DNA of 64,000 nt from contig JBBRUD010000001.1 in assembly GCA_038248065.1 (NCBI GenBank), positions 22,594 to 86,593 on the forward strand. The letters run 5' to 3'. Position 1 is the first letter of the stretch. The number at the start of each line of letters is the position of its first letter. Source of the DNA: Desulfovibrionales bacterium (GTDB taxonomy: Bacteria > Desulfobacterota > Desulfovibrionia > Desulfovibrionales > Desulfovibrionaceae). Both the position numbers and the translations under genes were made by a program. The notes beneath the pieces were generated by a model, which had not been told where the DNA came from, searched no databases, and was given only the letters and a program-made list of their open reading frames with translations. Shown here piece by piece: positions 62,442 through 64,000 of this stretch.

Positions 62442-64000
62442 CTAGGCCTCGTAGTTGAAACGGTGCATGCCGGTCCACTTGGCGGCCAGGCTGGCCAGGG
62501 TGAGCAGGCGCTCGTCCACCAGCTTGAACAGGCTGCCATCCGGGTAGGTTCCTTCCGCCCCGCGCTCTCCGGCGGGCAGGCCGGTCAAAATTTCCATGGC
62601 CTCTTCGATGGAGCGCAGCGGGTAGATGTGGAATTCCCCAGCCTCCACGGCCTTGAGCACTTCCTCTTTGAGCATGAGATTGACCACGTTGTCCCAGGGG
62701 ATGAGCACGCCCTGGCTGCCGGTCAATCCCCGGCGGCGGCAGACCTCGAAGAAGCCCTCGATCTTCTGGTTCACCCCGCCAACGGCCAGGATGGCCCCGG
62801 AGGAGCTCACCGCGCCGGTGAAGGCGTAGCCCAGGTTGATGGGGCGGCCAGACAGCGCCGAGAGCAGGGCCGCAAGCTCGGCCCCGGAGGCGGAATCGCC
62901 TTCCACTTCGGCGTAGCTCTGCTCGAAGCACAGGCTGCCGGTGAGCACCACGGGTTTGTCCTGGGCGAACTGGCTGACCAGATAGCTTTTCAGGATCATC
63001 ATGCCCTTGGTGTGGATGGGCCCGGCCAGTTCGGCCTCGCGCTCAAGGTCCAGGATGCCGCCGTGGCCAACGCCCACGGTGCAGGCGATCTGGTGGGGCA
63101 GGCCAAAGGCGAAGTCGCCGTACATGCGCACGGAAAGGCCGTTGGCCCGGCCAACGGTGAAGCCCGAGGTGGCCACCTTGATCATCTCCCGGTCGTATTC
63201 TGCCAGGAATTCCTCTTCCAGCAGGTTGGCCCGGAAGAAGCGGGCGTCGCGGGCGCTGCGCAGCACCTCGCCGTCCACCATGGTTTTGCTGCGCAGTCCG
63301 GCCAGGGCCGAGGCCTCCACCATAAGTTCCCGCAGCAGCGGCAGGCGTAGGGACAGGCGCTCCTGGTCGTCGCACAGGGCCGAGGCCTGTTCCACCAGTC
63401 CGGCCAGGGCTTCGCGGTCAAAGGGCCGCAGCTGGCCTTCCAGAATGATGCGGCCCAAGAGGCGCAGGAAGAATGCTACGTTTTCCGGGGTGCGGGGCAC
63501 GTGCTCCTGGAGGTGGGCCTTCAGCTTGAAGATCTTCTGAAAACGCTCGTCGCCGTAGAGCAGGGCCTCGTAGGCCTCGTCGGAGCCCACCAGAATCACC
63601 TTGGCGGTAAGGGGGATGGGCTGGGGTTCGATGGTGCGGGTGCGGGTCTGCTCGCCCTCGGAGGGGTCTTCGATCTTGGAGAGCCCGGAGCGGAGCGCCC
63701 GCAGCAGGCCTTCCCAAGCCAGGCCGCCGTGGGCCAGATCGTCGATGCGCAGCACCAGAAACCCGCCGTAGGCCTTGTGCAGGGAGCCGGCCTTGATGAG
63801 GGTATGGTCGGTGAAGAGCGCGCCGAAATCGGATTCGCGCTCAATGCAGCCCAGAAGATTGTGGTGGATGGGGTGGTCTTCGATGACCACGGGCGCTCCC
63901 ACGGTGCGGGAGTTGTCCACCAGCAGGTTCACCTCGTAGCGCACGGACAGGTCTTCGGCCGTAAGACCCTGGTCCGGTGCGGGGTGCGCACCTGGCGGGG
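62442..64000 (-). CDS. Lon-like ATP-dependent protease (COG1067 type), 5' end outside the window
   Basis: C-terminal S16 protease domain (EGDSASGAELAALLSAL, GAVSSSGAILAVGGVNQKIEG). The frame stays open upstream of the track start (63944) to the window edge. Confidence 0.85.
   Translation of the reverse strand, partial: PPGAHPAPDQGLTAEDLSVRYEVNLLVDNSRTVGAPVVIEDHPIHHNLLGCIERESDFGALFTDHTLIKAGSLHKAYGGFLVLRIDDLAHGGLAWEGLLRALRSGLSKIEDPSEGEQTRTRTIEPQPIPLTAKVILVGSDEAYEALLYGDERFQKIFKLKAHLQEHVPRTPENVAFFLRLLGRIILEGQLRPFDREALAGLVEQASALCDDQERLSLRLPLLRELMVEASALAGLRSKTMVDGEVLRSARDARFFRANLLEEEFLAEYDREMIKVATSGFTVGRANGLSVRMYGDFAFGLPHQIACTVGVGHGGILDLEREAELAGPIHTKGMMILKSYLVSQFAQDKPVVLTGSLCFEQSYAEVEGDSASGAELAALLSALSGRPINLGYAFTGAVSSSGAILAVGGVNQKIEGFFEVCRRRGLTGSQGVLIPWDNVVNLMLKEEVLKAVEAGEFHIYPLRSIEEAMEILTGLPAGERGAEGTYPDGSLFKLVDERLLTLASLAAKWTGMHRFNYEA

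Overview
High-GC chromosomal segment with Desulfovibrio-like (Desulfovibrionales) gene content, covering the replication-origin neighbourhood: dnaA, terC, an AT-rich gap, dnaN, gyrB, gyrA, then crcB, coaBC, and parS-parA-(inserted gene)-parB. Next come an Mla-type lipid ABC cluster, def-fmt-DUF116-rsmB, aspS/hisS/glnS, metX-metW behind a hybrid histidine kinase, and ilvD. A c-di-GMP neighbourhood follows (EAL-HDOD, PilZ, HD-GYP), then a molybdopterin oxidoreductase/COG0523/WD40/transglycosylase operon and azlCD. The window ends with a long minus-strand operon: Lon-like protease, unknown, Re-citrate-synthase-like enzyme, K+ channel, cNMP-binding protein, MerR-like protein and a GspG-like membrane protein. 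No rRNA, tRNA, CRISPR array, transposase or prophage genes were seen. Observations not captured by the ORF track: (1) an ArsM-like methyltransferase whose ORF stops at an in-frame TGA (34065-34067) but continues in frame with family-typical sequence and has a downstream hairpin, making it a candidate selenoprotein; (2) a dispersed family of composite GC-hairpin intergenic repeats with at least 8 copies, one with perfect 15-bp terminal inverted repeats and two bracketing glnS; (3) a perfect parS palindrome upstream of parA, with parA and parB separated by an opposite-strand gene; (4) an 11-triplet Gly-X-Y tract inside the molybdopterin oxidoreductase; (5) a translationally coupled K+ channel / stand-alone cNMP-binding / MerR-like / GspG-like gene set. 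All functional calls rest on motif recognition by eye. No database search was run. Many long ORFs in the track are antisense artefacts of high GC and were rejected.
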